Source of the DNA: Patescibacteria group bacterium
GTDB lineage: Bacteria > Patescibacteriota > Microgenomatia > UBA8517
Assembly: GCA_022868165.1 (NCBI GenBank)
Contig: JALHYA010000004.1
Location: 16,457-80,456 of the forward strand
DNA: 64,000 nucleotides
Direction of reading: 5' to 3'
The notes below the pieces were generated by a model. The model worked only from the letters and a program-made list of their open reading frames with translations. It had not been told where the DNA came from and made no database searches. Of this stretch, positions 1 through 8,325 are shown piece by piece. How positions within the stretch are numbered: the first letter of the stretch is position 1; each line of letters begins with the position of its first letter. The translations under genes and the position numbers were made by a program.

Positions 1-2
1 TC

Positions 3-128
3 TCTACTGGACTAATAGGTTTGGTTATCGTAATTACTGCAATATTTATTGTCGACCTGGTTGGAACTCTTATCGGAATTCCGAACATTCTTAATATCAG
101 CCAACTTTTCAACCAAATTACTAAATAA
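3..128 (+). CDS. T4SS-type pilin-like small membrane protein, C-terminal fragment (5' end outside window)
   Basis: Frame 3 is open from the window edge to TAA at 126-128. The tail STGLIGLVIVITAIFIVDLVGTLIGIPNILNISQLFNQITK mirrors the last TM helix and tail of the paralogs at 132, 473 and 1340. Confidence 0.6.
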   Translation, partial: STGLIGLVIVITAIFIVDLVGTLIGIPNILNISQLFNQITK

Positions 129-131
129 TAA

Positions 132-461
132 ATGTTACTCGCACAAGAACCTATTTCGAATCCAATCGGTCCTAAATTCTCATCGGGGGTGGGTTTCTTC
201 CAAAAGTTTATTCCCTCATTAATAGGAATCGCTTTTGTTGTTGGCTCCTTGGTTTTCTTTTTTGTTATGATAATCGGAGCAATTCAATGGATTACATCGG
301 GCGGAGATAAGGCAGCAATAGAAGCCGCTAGGGGGAAAATTGCAAATGCAGTAATTGGTTTCGTACTTCTTTTGACGGTTTTCGCAATCATTAAGGTAAT
401 CGAGAGCTTTTTTGGAATAAACATACTAATACTTGACATTGGTATTCTGAAAATTCAATAA
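132..461 (+). CDS. T4SS-type pilin-like protein (TrbC/VirB2-like mini-pilin)
   Basis: 109 aa with two hydrophobic helices around the motif WITSGGDKAAIEAARGKI. This motif is shared with 473..808 and, in diverged form, with 1340..1639. Confidence 0.7.
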   Translation: MLLAQEPISNPIGPKFSSGVGFFQKFIPSLIGIAFVVGSLVFFFVMIIGAIQWITSGGDKAAIEAARGKIANAVIGFVLLLTVFAIIKVIESFFGINILILDIGILKIQ

Positions 462-472
462 TAGTTCATAGC

Positions 473-808
473 ATGCTAAATCTTTTGTACGCAGCCACCG
501 ATATTAATCTTCAGCCCTCCGGCCAATTTTCCCAACTTGGAAACTTAACTATCGGCGGAATTGTGTCGGGACTGATTAGATTTATTCTGGTAGTTGCAGC
601 ACTTGTGTTTTTCTTCATCTTGGTTATCGGCGGAATTCGCTGGATAGCATCAGGGGGTGACAAAGCACAAACGGAAGCCGCTAGAAATCAAATTACGGCA
701 GCATTGGTCGGCTTGGTTATTGTTTTTGCCGCTTGGGCGATAGTCCAGCTAATTAACACATTCTTCGGAATCAACATCTTCCAACTCACAATTCCTTCAG
801 CGGTTTGA
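473..808 (+). CDS. T4SS-type pilin-like protein (paralog)
   Basis: 111 aa with motif WIASGGDKAQTEAARNQI between two TM helices and a FFGINIF tail like 132..461. Confidence 0.7.
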   Translation: MLNLLYAATDINLQPSGQFSQLGNLTIGGIVSGLIRFILVVAALVFFFILVIGGIRWIASGGDKAQTEAARNQITAALVGLVIVFAAWAIVQLINTFFGINIFQLTIPSAV

Positions 809-810
809 GC

Positions 811-868
811 TCTAGAGGTTAGAAATTGGAAGCTAGAAACTAGATTATGAAGTTGGATAGTGGATTAG
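811..868. repeat. GGAAGTT-type heptamer array, left arm flanking the four-helix-bundle gene
   Basis: The sequence tctagaggttagaaattggaagctagaaactagattatgaagttggatagtggattag reads as 7-nt units (gaggtta|gaaattg|gaagcta|gaaacta...). It is an imperfect inverted copy of 1240-1299. Confidence 0.7.
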
Positions 869-1230
869 AACTTTCTCCAATTCTCTTTAAGTTTTGTAAG
901 CTTCCTACCAACAACATTATATCTTTCGATTAGTTCGTCGGCTTTATTGGGCGAAAGATACTTCCTCGCTTTGGCAAAAGCTATGTGATTTATCATCTCA
1001 TTTGCCTCCCCGATTGCGTCTCTGAGAAATTTTTTGAATACGGCCACCGTTTCTCTTTTTGCGTATCCTTCTGCAATAAGGGCGGGAATAGCTCTAGAAG
1101 CTCTTCGCATTTGGTCGGTCAAAAGAAATTCTTCACGTCTCGGGAATTCCTTAATCAGATCCTCAATTTCCAAAGACAACCCGAACGATTCTTCGTAAAC
1201 GTCTAAATCAAGAAAGCTTTTAATTGCCAT
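865..1230 (-). CDS. four-helix bundle protein (family formerly called 23S rRNA intervening-sequence protein)
   Basis: 121 aa. The pattern LDVYEESFGL...FPRREEFLLTDQMRRASRAIPALIAEGYAKR...GEANEMINHIAFA matches the family's QxRRAxxSIxxNIAEG core. The gene is antisense to the surrounding pilin genes. Confidence 0.85.
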   Translation of the reverse strand: MAIKSFLDLDVYEESFGLSLEIEDLIKEFPRREEFLLTDQMRRASRAIPALIAEGYAKRETVAVFKKFLRDAIGEANEMINHIAFAKARKYLSPNKADELIERYNVVGRKLTKLKENWRKF

Positions 1231-1239
1231 CTCGTTTCA

Positions 1240-1299
1240 CTATCCCACATCTATCCTCGCTAATCCAGCCTCTCACTTCTAACTTCCAACCTCTAAACC
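1240..1299. repeat. GGAAGTT-type heptamer array, right arm (inverted) flanking the four-helix-bundle gene
   Basis: The reverse complement ggtttagaggttggaagttagaagtgagaggctggattagcgaggatagatgtgggatag aligns by eye at roughly 70% with 811-868. Confidence 0.7.
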
Positions 1300-1339
1300 A
1301 GGCTTGCTCAAAGCACTTCATTAGGTTAAACTTTGCTTA

Positions 1340-1639
1340 ATGTTGGCTCAAGCTGGAAGTTCAGATGTCGCAAAACTCTCAGATCTCGAGGGTGTCTTTG
1401 GAAATGTAGTTGGGATACTTTTAGGGCTAGCAGGTATTGCGCTGTTTATAATGCTTGTGGTCGGGGGTTTTAAATACATCACAGCCGGAGGAGACCCCAA
1501 AGGAATCGAGAGCGCAAAAAAAACCCTGACTTATGCAATCGGCGGAATTGTACTAATTGCTGCAGGATTTTTAATTCTTCAATTCATAAAGCAATTTACG
1601 GGAGTTGATGTAACACAATTTAGAATTTTCCAACCATAA
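1340..1639 (+). CDS. T4SS-type pilin-like protein (diverged paralog)
   Basis: 99 aa with motif YITAGGDPKGIESAKKTL between two TM helices. TAAACT lies 7 nt upstream of the ATG. Confidence 0.65.
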   Translation: MLAQAGSSDVAKLSDLEGVFGNVVGILLGLAGIALFIMLVVGGFKYITAGGDPKGIESAKKTLTYAIGGIVLIAAGFLILQFIKQFTGVDVTQFRIFQP

Positions 1640-1646
1640 ATGAGTC

Positions 1647-3806
1647 ATGGACTCGTTTAAACCTGCCACCTTAAAAATTTTTAGTCTAATTTCTCTTCTT
1701 TTTTCCCTATATACCCTATACCAAATACTTATCCCTCGCACCGCGTTGGCCCAGGTTCCCCAACCCTATGTTCCCTGCAACGAAACTCGACCAAACGAAT
1801 TCAACTCTTTAAGGCCTTATCAGGCAAGCCCGTGTGTCAAGGAGGTATCCCAAACGGCAAATTTTTGCGGCAACCGCCTGGTTCTAACCGATAGCGTAAC
1901 TGCCGTGCAAACAACCTCCCCTGCCTATGCTCCAAACTGCACTTTTATTGAAAATAATCTTTACCAATGTACATATAAAGTTACCGGCAAAACAGCGAAT
2001 TATAAAATCGACCTTTCTAAAGCAAAGTTTCCAATTCTTGGCAACACCGAAGATAATTTAAACGACGCACAAAAAACAAACGACTATGTCAGCTGGTATC
2101 TTAACGGGGTGAACAATAGGGCCGAGTCGACCTATCTTAATTCAAACAATCCAACGGATTTGGACAAACTTGTAAACTTTTCGGGTCCTTTAAATAAACT
2201 CCTCCCTTGGGAGGTTCAACTCAATGATAGAATTACCTCCATCAAGGCGGCCGGCAATAGCCAACACGACCAGATGGTCGCCTGTGAGGTCGCAGGAATT
2301 CCTGTTCCCTGCAACGACCAAGGTGTAATTGGCTTGATAGATACAAAATTGAGACTCTCCTACTGGAATGGCCATCTTCCCCCTCTTCCGAGTGACTCAA
2401 AATATCAGGGAAAAGACTTCAGTGTTTATTGGAAAGATTATCAAAGATGGAGAGGAAATAGCTGCACCCCCGACTTCACAATCCCTGTTATAAACAAAAA
2501 TATTTATCTCTGTTTTGACAATCCCTTAAAACCAAACTTTTGGTCAAACCTTTTTGCATATATCCCGATGTCTTCGACAGAAGACAGAAAAGGGGAAGTT
2601 GCAGTAGAATCGCAAAACGTAAGTGCTGCTTCCCCCGACTTAAAGATCAGTAACGTTAACCTAACGACCACGCCTGCCGACCTGTTTTTCGCACACACCG
2701 AAGAAGCCAATGGTCTTGCTGAAAAACTACAGATGACTTTCGTTCCGCAAGGCGGAGACACAACCGGGGCCGTAACAGGGGTGTCGCCGGCAGAGGCCTG
2801 CGACTTAACAAATATTCGTTCGAACCCCGGGGACAATCTTTTCGCGGGAACCATCGACGGGAATCTAACCTACGACGCAGAATTTACTTGCAACTTCCAG
2901 GGAATCGCTACCGAGAGTGCCTGTAAAAAAGATGTTTCTGTCGGCCTTGGCGTAACAACAAAAACTCCTTTGGCGGATGATTTATGGTCAAGATTGGTTG
3001 CGGGCCCAGCAGGAATTTTTAAAAGAATATTTCCCAAGGTAGGCGAGGGAGGCGCAATTTTGGGAATTCTTGATATTCCGGCTGCAACCAAGGTTAGTTA
3101 TTCGGGAAGCGGAGTTTCTGCGGCAAACCCAGGCCAGCGTTCCGGGGAAAGCGCGGAACTTTACTTTCCTCACGTCGGAGGAATCTCCGAATATTTCTTA
3201 AAAGGAATTCAAACCATACTTCGGCCAAAAGGCTTCGGTGAACAAATTATATCGGGAGAGCCCGGAACTTTTACCTCAAGCGGGAAAATAAACTGCGATA
3301 CCTCTGCCCCCGATGTTTCTCTTCGAGGAACGATTGATAAGCAGGCCTATTTTCAACTCGCCCTAAACTGGCTCGGGGGCCAACCGGGAACCAATGCTCT
3401 CGAGTGTTATAACGACACTGTTAGAAAAGCGAGGGAAGCCGGAATAAATACGGCACTTACGCTTTGGCTCTGGTTACACGAAAGCGATGCCAGCAACTAC
3501 GACTTGGGATACCTTCAAGATTTCGGCGCGGCCAGTCCTGCTCCTGTTGGTTATGTTGACCAGATAAATGAATTCTTCGCCCGCGCCAGAAGATATACCC
3601 CGAGTAGTCCTCTCTGCTCCGGGAGAAATGTAACCCCCATACAGGCTTTCGCTTACATTTATAAGTCGGGTACGTGCGACCCTAATACGACAGATGCCCA
3701 CGGAGTATCCGCCGCCGATTTTTACCAAGCAATGGTTGACCAGTGGTCTTTGGTATCTAGTTGTCCATTTCCCAATTCTCCGACAGATACCAGTTGTCAG
3801 AATTAA
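1647..3806 (+). CDS. large secreted Cys-rich protein of unknown function (T4SS-like cluster)
   Basis: 719 aa with an N-terminal hydrophobic signal-like segment (LKIFSLISLLFSLYTLYQILIPRTALA). I recognised no family motif. It follows the last pilin gene after 7 nt. Confidence 0.7.
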   Translation: MDSFKPATLKIFSLISLLFSLYTLYQILIPRTALAQVPQPYVPCNETRPNEFNSLRPYQASPCVKEVSQTANFCGNRLVLTDSVTAVQTTSPAYAPNCTFIENNLYQCTYKVTGKTANYKIDLSKAKFPILGNTEDNLNDAQKTNDYVSWYLNGVNNRAESTYLNSNNPTDLDKLVNFSGPLNKLLPWEVQLNDRITSIKAAGNSQHDQMVACEVAGIPVPCNDQGVIGLIDTKLRLSYWNGHLPPLPSDSKYQGKDFSVYWKDYQRWRGNSCTPDFTIPVINKNIYLCFDNPLKPNFWSNLFAYIPMSSTEDRKGEVAVESQNVSAASPDLKISNVNLTTTPADLFFAHTEEANGLAEKLQMTFVPQGGDTTGAVTGVSPAEACDLTNIRSNPGDNLFAGTIDGNLTYDAEFTCNFQGIATESACKKDVSVGLGVTTKTPLADDLWSRLVAGPAGIFKRIFPKVGEGGAILGILDIPAATKVSYSGSGVSAANPGQRSGESAELYFPHVGGISEYFLKGIQTILRPKGFGEQIISGEPGTFTSSGKINCDTSAPDVSLRGTIDKQAYFQLALNWLGGQPGTNALECYNDTVRKAREAGINTALTLWLWLHESDASNYDLGYLQDFGAASPAPVGYVDQINEFFARARRYTPSSPLCSGRNVTPIQAFAYIYKSGTCDPNTTDAHGVSAADFYQAMVDQWSLVSSCPFPNSPTDTSCQN

Positions 3807-3842
3807 GCCATTGTTGGCACTGGTAAGGCTAGTGTATTATTT

Positions 3843-3937
3843 ATTGTTAGAGGTTAGAAGTTTGAAATGGGAAGTTAGAAAATTCCAATATCTAGCATCG
3901 ATGTCTAGCGTCCAGCATCCAACTTCCCACATCAAAC
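3843..3937. repeat. GGAAGTT-type palindromic heptamer element, intergenic 'empty' copy
   Basis: The left arm gtttgaaatgggaagttaga (3860-3879) is complementary to the right arm tccaacttcccacatcaaac (3918-3937). The loop contains the near-palindrome ctagcatcgatgtctag. Confidence 0.7.
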
Positions 3938-3943
3938 AAAAAA

Positions 3944-5629
3944 ATGTCAAAAATAAAAAAATTATTAACAAAATCAATTTTGTCCCTGTTTATTTCTCTG
4001 CTTTTTATTTTTTCGTTTGCCCCATCAGCTTATGCTCAAAATTGGTTTAGCCAATCTCCTTCCGAATGGTACACAAAAGTTTATGATACAAATAATCCCA
4101 CAGAAATTTTTGGAGAAAGATATACGGCTGCGCAGGTTGAATGGGTTATCTACACAATTCTTTTCTGGCTTCCAACCAAAATCATTGGACCCCAGGTAAT
4201 GAGCTGTGCACTTTCGGGGGATCTATCCTCTTGCATCGAAAGCCTTTTTTCCTCCTCTACAACCCAGCCCCAGCCGCTAGCGACATCTAGCGAGAGCCTT
4301 TTATCTGCAGTCTTTCTCGAGGAACGTCCAATTTCTGCCATTACATATTTCAAAGACTTGGCCCGCAAATTCAAACTTATTCCGGAAGCCCAAGCACAAG
4401 GTTTTGGTTTCCAGTATGCTCTAAGTCCAGTTCTTGAAATGTGGAAGGCTTCGCGAAATGTTGCTTACGGCCTTATTATTTTGGCAACAATTATTTTGGC
4501 TTTTATGATAATGTTTCGGGTTAAAATATCTCCCCAAGTTGTTATCTCCGTACAGTCCGCAATCCCCAAGCTGGTAATTGCATTAATCTTAATCACTTTT
4601 TCCTATGCAATAGCGGGTTTTCTTATCGATTTGATGTACGTTGTAATTGGACTCGTGAGCCTCGTTGGAAAGGGGTTCTTCCCCTCGGCCCTTCATTTAT
4701 CTTCTACATCAATTTTTAGGTTACTTACCGAGGGACACTTTTTTAATATTAACGTTCCATTGGGCGCAATCGGTTTAATGGCCCTATATCTTTTCTTTTT
4801 CTGTCTAATTCTTGCTCTTACTCTTTTGATGACCCTCGGCACTGTAGGAGTGGGTTTGGGAGCAGTTCTTGGGGCCGTGGGCATTACGTCGATTACAGCT
4901 GGAACGGGAGGTACTTTTGGTATTATTCTTATCATAATCGGTGCTTTGGTTCTCCTTATTCTTTTGGTTAGCCTCCTATGGATGGCGTTTAAAACTCTCT
5001 GGACTATTCTTAAGGCATATGTAACAGTGCTCTTGCTAACCATTTTCGCTCCGTTTCAACTTCTTCTTGGAGTAATTAGTTCTAACTTCGGTTTTGGGGC
5101 CTGGCTAAAAAGTTTCGTTTCGAATCTTTCAACTTTTATTGTCGTTGGGGTTCTTTTCCTTTTGTCTTTCGTTTTTCTTTTTCAAGGCTTCAGCCTAGCA
5201 TTCCAAGAGTTTGTGGGTGGAAACGTTGTTCAGCGTTTTTTTAGTGTGATATTTGGAACGGGGGCAGTAAGCCTTTTTACAGGTTCTACCAACGCCAGCT
5301 GGCCTCCCCTTTTGGGTCTGGGAGGAAATAGCGGAGTCGCGCTTTTGTTTCTTGGGGTAAGTTTTGTCCTCTTCACTATGATTCCAAAGGCGTCTGATAT
5401 AATAAAGTCCATGATTGAAGGAAAACCGTTCGCCTATGGAACAGCAATTGGGGAAGTCGCAGCGCCTTTTAGAATGGTTGCGGGCTCACCTCCTGGCCGG
5501 GTAATCCAGGACGCCTTGACGCGCAAGGGCACATCCCAAACAATTACTAAAGTTGCAACTCGACTTCCAGCAGGTTCAGTTAGGACTTTTCTTGAGGATC
5601 TGGCGGCTGGAACTAGCAGGCGACCTTGA
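3944..5629 (+). CDS. polytopic membrane protein, VirB6/TrbL-like candidate
   Basis: 561 aa with a signal peptide (…FSFAPSAYA|QNW) followed by many long hydrophobic helices and Gly-rich loops. The size, topology and position between pilins and the VirB4-like gene fit VirB6/TrbL. I saw no diagnostic motif. Confidence 0.5.
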   Translation: MSKIKKLLTKSILSLFISLLFIFSFAPSAYAQNWFSQSPSEWYTKVYDTNNPTEIFGERYTAAQVEWVIYTILFWLPTKIIGPQVMSCALSGDLSSCIESLFSSSTTQPQPLATSSESLLSAVFLEERPISAITYFKDLARKFKLIPEAQAQGFGFQYALSPVLEMWKASRNVAYGLIILATIILAFMIMFRVKISPQVVISVQSAIPKLVIALILITFSYAIAGFLIDLMYVVIGLVSLVGKGFFPSALHLSSTSIFRLLTEGHFFNINVPLGAIGLMALYLFFFCLILALTLLMTLGTVGVGLGAVLGAVGITSITAGTGGTFGIILIIIGALVLLILLVSLLWMAFKTLWTILKAYVTVLLLTIFAPFQLLLGVISSNFGFGAWLKSFVSNLSTFIVVGVLFLLSFVFLFQGFSLAFQEFVGGNVVQRFFSVIFGTGAVSLFTGSTNASWPPLLGLGGNSGVALLFLGVSFVLFTMIPKASDIIKSMIEGKPFAYGTAIGEVAAPFRMVAGSPPGRVIQDALTRKGTSQTITKVATRLPAGSVRTFLEDLAAGTSRRP

Positions 5630-5638
5630 AACAACAAA

Positions 5639-8203
5639 CTACCTTCTAAGGATTGGCTTCAATAAAACAATTCTTTCTTCAATGTTAGCTCCAACCTCTG
5701 CAAATTCCTTGGATAATTCCTTCCTGTACGCGTCACTTGCCATGGCCTCCTCCGCTATCCCAGCAAGCATTCCAGCCCTCGCGACAACGGTGGCATAAAA
5801 TTTCGTCATCCTTGCCATATATTCGCCATAGTGTGCATCAATATCGTCTCTTTTCTCGGGCAAATACCTAAAGGCAGTAATCCATTTAGCAATATCCATT
5901 GCCCAATCACTCCTTCTTGATTTGTCTATACCGGCGGCTCCCCACATCCCATGCTCATATGACGTACGAAGTACTACTAAAAGCGGAACAAGCGAGATGG
6001 TCAAGGCTGTCATTGGCAGCTGTTCGTCCCTTTCACCCAAATCGGACCTTTTAAGTAGCTCCTTTAAGTTGTCGGGGCTGGAAAAGAACACTTCCAACTG
6101 ATCCTTCGCTGCCATTTCTGGATCAAGCATTGTAACAACATAGCGAACGGTTTGCCCAATAGTAATCATCCAACGATAGAGTGCTTGATCTCCCATCTTT
6201 TCCCATTTCAACTCGGACATCTTTTCCCCGGTTCTTAACTGATCCCAGACTGTCTGTTGCCCCGGCCTTTCGACCGGTTCGGCCCCTACGTTGACAAATT
6301 TGGGTTTGATGTCTCTATCGCCCTTAAATGAAATTGTATTCAAAAAGTTTAGAGAGGCTATTTCTGGTGGAAAAAAGAAAGGAATTTTCAAAAAAAGAGG
6401 TTTTTCAATTCCGTTCTCGTCTTTGACCATAATTTTAGAATCTTTTATTGATGTTTCCCAATACCAAGCCATCTTTTCCAATAATTTTCGCGTTTTCGGA
6501 TTCCATTCGAAGTTGCCTTCCGGCACCCAAAGTTTGTTCCATGCAGTTCTTAATTTAGGATCCTGATTAACAATTTTTTCTACCTCAATCCAACCCTGTT
6601 TCCAATCTGGAGCATGATCTCCTAGCTCGCTGCGATAATCAGGGCTCGTGGGTGGCAAAAAACCCTTAGACCAGGCCTTGTTTTGATTAACTCTCTCGGT
6701 CTCTCTCCAATAGGCTGGTGTGCTTATGTCGGTCGCAACAGTAGGTCCCCCGAGAGATTTTTCTCTTTTGACATGTAATTCCCAGGGCTCGCTTTTTCTT
6801 TTTTCAATGTCTTTAGTTTCTCGTACATCAATAGAATAATTCCATCCCCACGACATCTCTGCGGAAGACATATGGCCCCAGTCCATCACTACTCCTGCCC
6901 TGGCTACTACTGCAGCCAGTTTGTCCTCTATTTTTCTTGAAGGGGAAAACCAATCCCCAAGCTTCTCTATGTATTTTGCTTTTACAGTGCTAATTAAGTT
7001 GTCCATTCCGACTTGGTCAAAACCTTTAATCCCGTTTTCTTCTTTTTCCAACTTACTTAACTCTTCCCGAGTATTTCCCGTTAGCAAAGTTTCCATTATT
7101 GCCAAATAGGTTCTTTTCTTTTCTTCAACGCTTCCCATGGCGTACCAATTTAGAAGATTAAGCGGAACAGGAGTATCTCCGGTTTTGCCCTTGTAAATAG
7201 CCCAGCCGCCTTCCACTTTGAAATCGCCAATTTTTTGTATAAGCCCTTCTGCATATACCTTGGCTTTTTCTCTAATCTTATCTTTGAGCTTCTCTTCTTG
7301 TGCCCGTTCGGCATCTGGGTCATAGTCGGTAAATACTTTACGAATGAAATATGTTTCTGCCGGTGTCAATTTCTCCATAAAAGTACTATTTGCCGGATCA
7401 TCAAGGTCAATTTGCTGTACCGCAGCAACATTCATTCTCCAATATGCACTGTCATCCTGATACCGAATTGCTTTCTCCCTCAATCCGTCGGCTTTCTCTT
7501 TTAGGACTACTTTCTCCGTATCCGTTAACTTCAATCCAGGCAGTTCTTTGGCAAATGTCCGCTCGTAAAAAGAAGCAGTCGGATCGCTTCGAAGAGGAAC
7601 GCTGACCCACTGCATCATCTTCTTGCCGTCGTAAAAAGCAGGAAGAACGGATCCTAGTCCTTCCAATAATCGAAAGTTGGCCTCACCCCACGTTGCGTCA
7701 ATTGCTATCCTATCTAACCAAGAATCAATCTTTGTCCGAACGTCTTCTTCTGGGCTCGCGCCTGGAACCTTCTCCGGCCACTCCTCTTGCCGGGCTTTTT
7801 GCACGGCTTCGTGCAAATTATCAAACCACATCTCCTGCCTTCTGGAATCGTAAGGATAAGGGCTCTTAAACCTGAGGAGTTGGTTATCAAGCATTCCCTG
7901 AAGCTCGTTTAGCTGCGCTCCCATCAGTTTCTCAAAATTTTTTGGGATCTCTTTTTCTACCCTTGCTGCCAATTCTTCGGCCTCCCTGATTAACTTATCT
8001 TTCTGAGGCCCACTCGCTTCCCTTCTTACTTTATCCAAGTTTGCCAATGCTCTAAGTCCGTTTAAGGTCGCGAGAAAGCTGGGCTCGACATAAAAATACT
8101 CGCGGCCTTCTCCTCTCAAGGGGTCATATTCTCCACCCCCACCCTCCTTGCCCTGTGCTTGGTAGTTAATTCGGGGGCCGAAATCGGGTCTGTTTTCCAT
8201 CAC
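5639..8203 (-). CDS. large soluble hypothetical protein (orphan, Trp/Lys/Glu-rich)
   Basis: An 854-aa uninterrupted ORF antisense to the rest of the cluster, with no TM segment and no recognisable motif. Confidence 0.75.
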   Translation of the reverse strand: MMENRPDFGPRINYQAQGKEGGGGEYDPLRGEGREYFYVEPSFLATLNGLRALANLDKVRREASGPQKDKLIREAEELAARVEKEIPKNFEKLMGAQLNELQGMLDNQLLRFKSPYPYDSRRQEMWFDNLHEAVQKARQEEWPEKVPGASPEEDVRTKIDSWLDRIAIDATWGEANFRLLEGLGSVLPAFYDGKKMMQWVSVPLRSDPTASFYERTFAKELPGLKLTDTEKVVLKEKADGLREKAIRYQDDSAYWRMNVAAVQQIDLDDPANSTFMEKLTPAETYFIRKVFTDYDPDAERAQEEKLKDKIREKAKVYAEGLIQKIGDFKVEGGWAIYKGKTGDTPVPLNLLNWYAMGSVEEKKRTYLAIMETLLTGNTREELSKLEKEENGIKGFDQVGMDNLISTVKAKYIEKLGDWFSPSRKIEDKLAAVVARAGVVMDWGHMSSAEMSWGWNYSIDVRETKDIEKRKSEPWELHVKREKSLGGPTVATDISTPAYWRETERVNQNKAWSKGFLPPTSPDYRSELGDHAPDWKQGWIEVEKIVNQDPKLRTAWNKLWVPEGNFEWNPKTRKLLEKMAWYWETSIKDSKIMVKDENGIEKPLFLKIPFFFPPEIASLNFLNTISFKGDRDIKPKFVNVGAEPVERPGQQTVWDQLRTGEKMSELKWEKMGDQALYRWMITIGQTVRYVVTMLDPEMAAKDQLEVFFSSPDNLKELLKRSDLGERDEQLPMTALTISLVPLLVVLRTSYEHGMWGAAGIDKSRRSDWAMDIAKWITAFRYLPEKRDDIDAHYGEYMARMTKFYATVVARAGMLAGIAEEAMASDAYRKELSKEFAEVGANIEERIVLLKPILRR

Positions 8204-8325
8204 TGTTTATTTTAACACTCCCTCTTTTCAACATACAAACGGCTGTTTGTGAAAAAGGGTTGCTCTTGCGCGGAAGGCTTCACATTGTAACCTAGATTTA
8301 GAGTATCAAAGTACTCCTTTGTTTT

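Noticed and set aside
811-1299. Whether the heptamer arrays could be a CRISPR array or its remnant.
   Set aside because: The units are 7 nt, contiguous and degenerate, with no 25-40-nt repeats alternating with unique spacers. No cas genes are present apart from a Cas4-like nuclease domain fused to a helicase 59 kb away.
3330-3806. The C-terminal region of the 719-aa secreted protein as a VirB1-like lytic transglycosylase (…LWLHESDASNY…).
   Set aside because: Only an 'ES' dipeptide in a helix-like context supports this, and the rest of the SLT signature is not recognisable.
3694-4050. A 118-aa ORF bridging the end of the 719-aa gene, the heptamer hairpin and the start of the VirB6-like gene.
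   Set aside because: It runs through a palindromic repeat and overlaps two better-supported genes out of frame.
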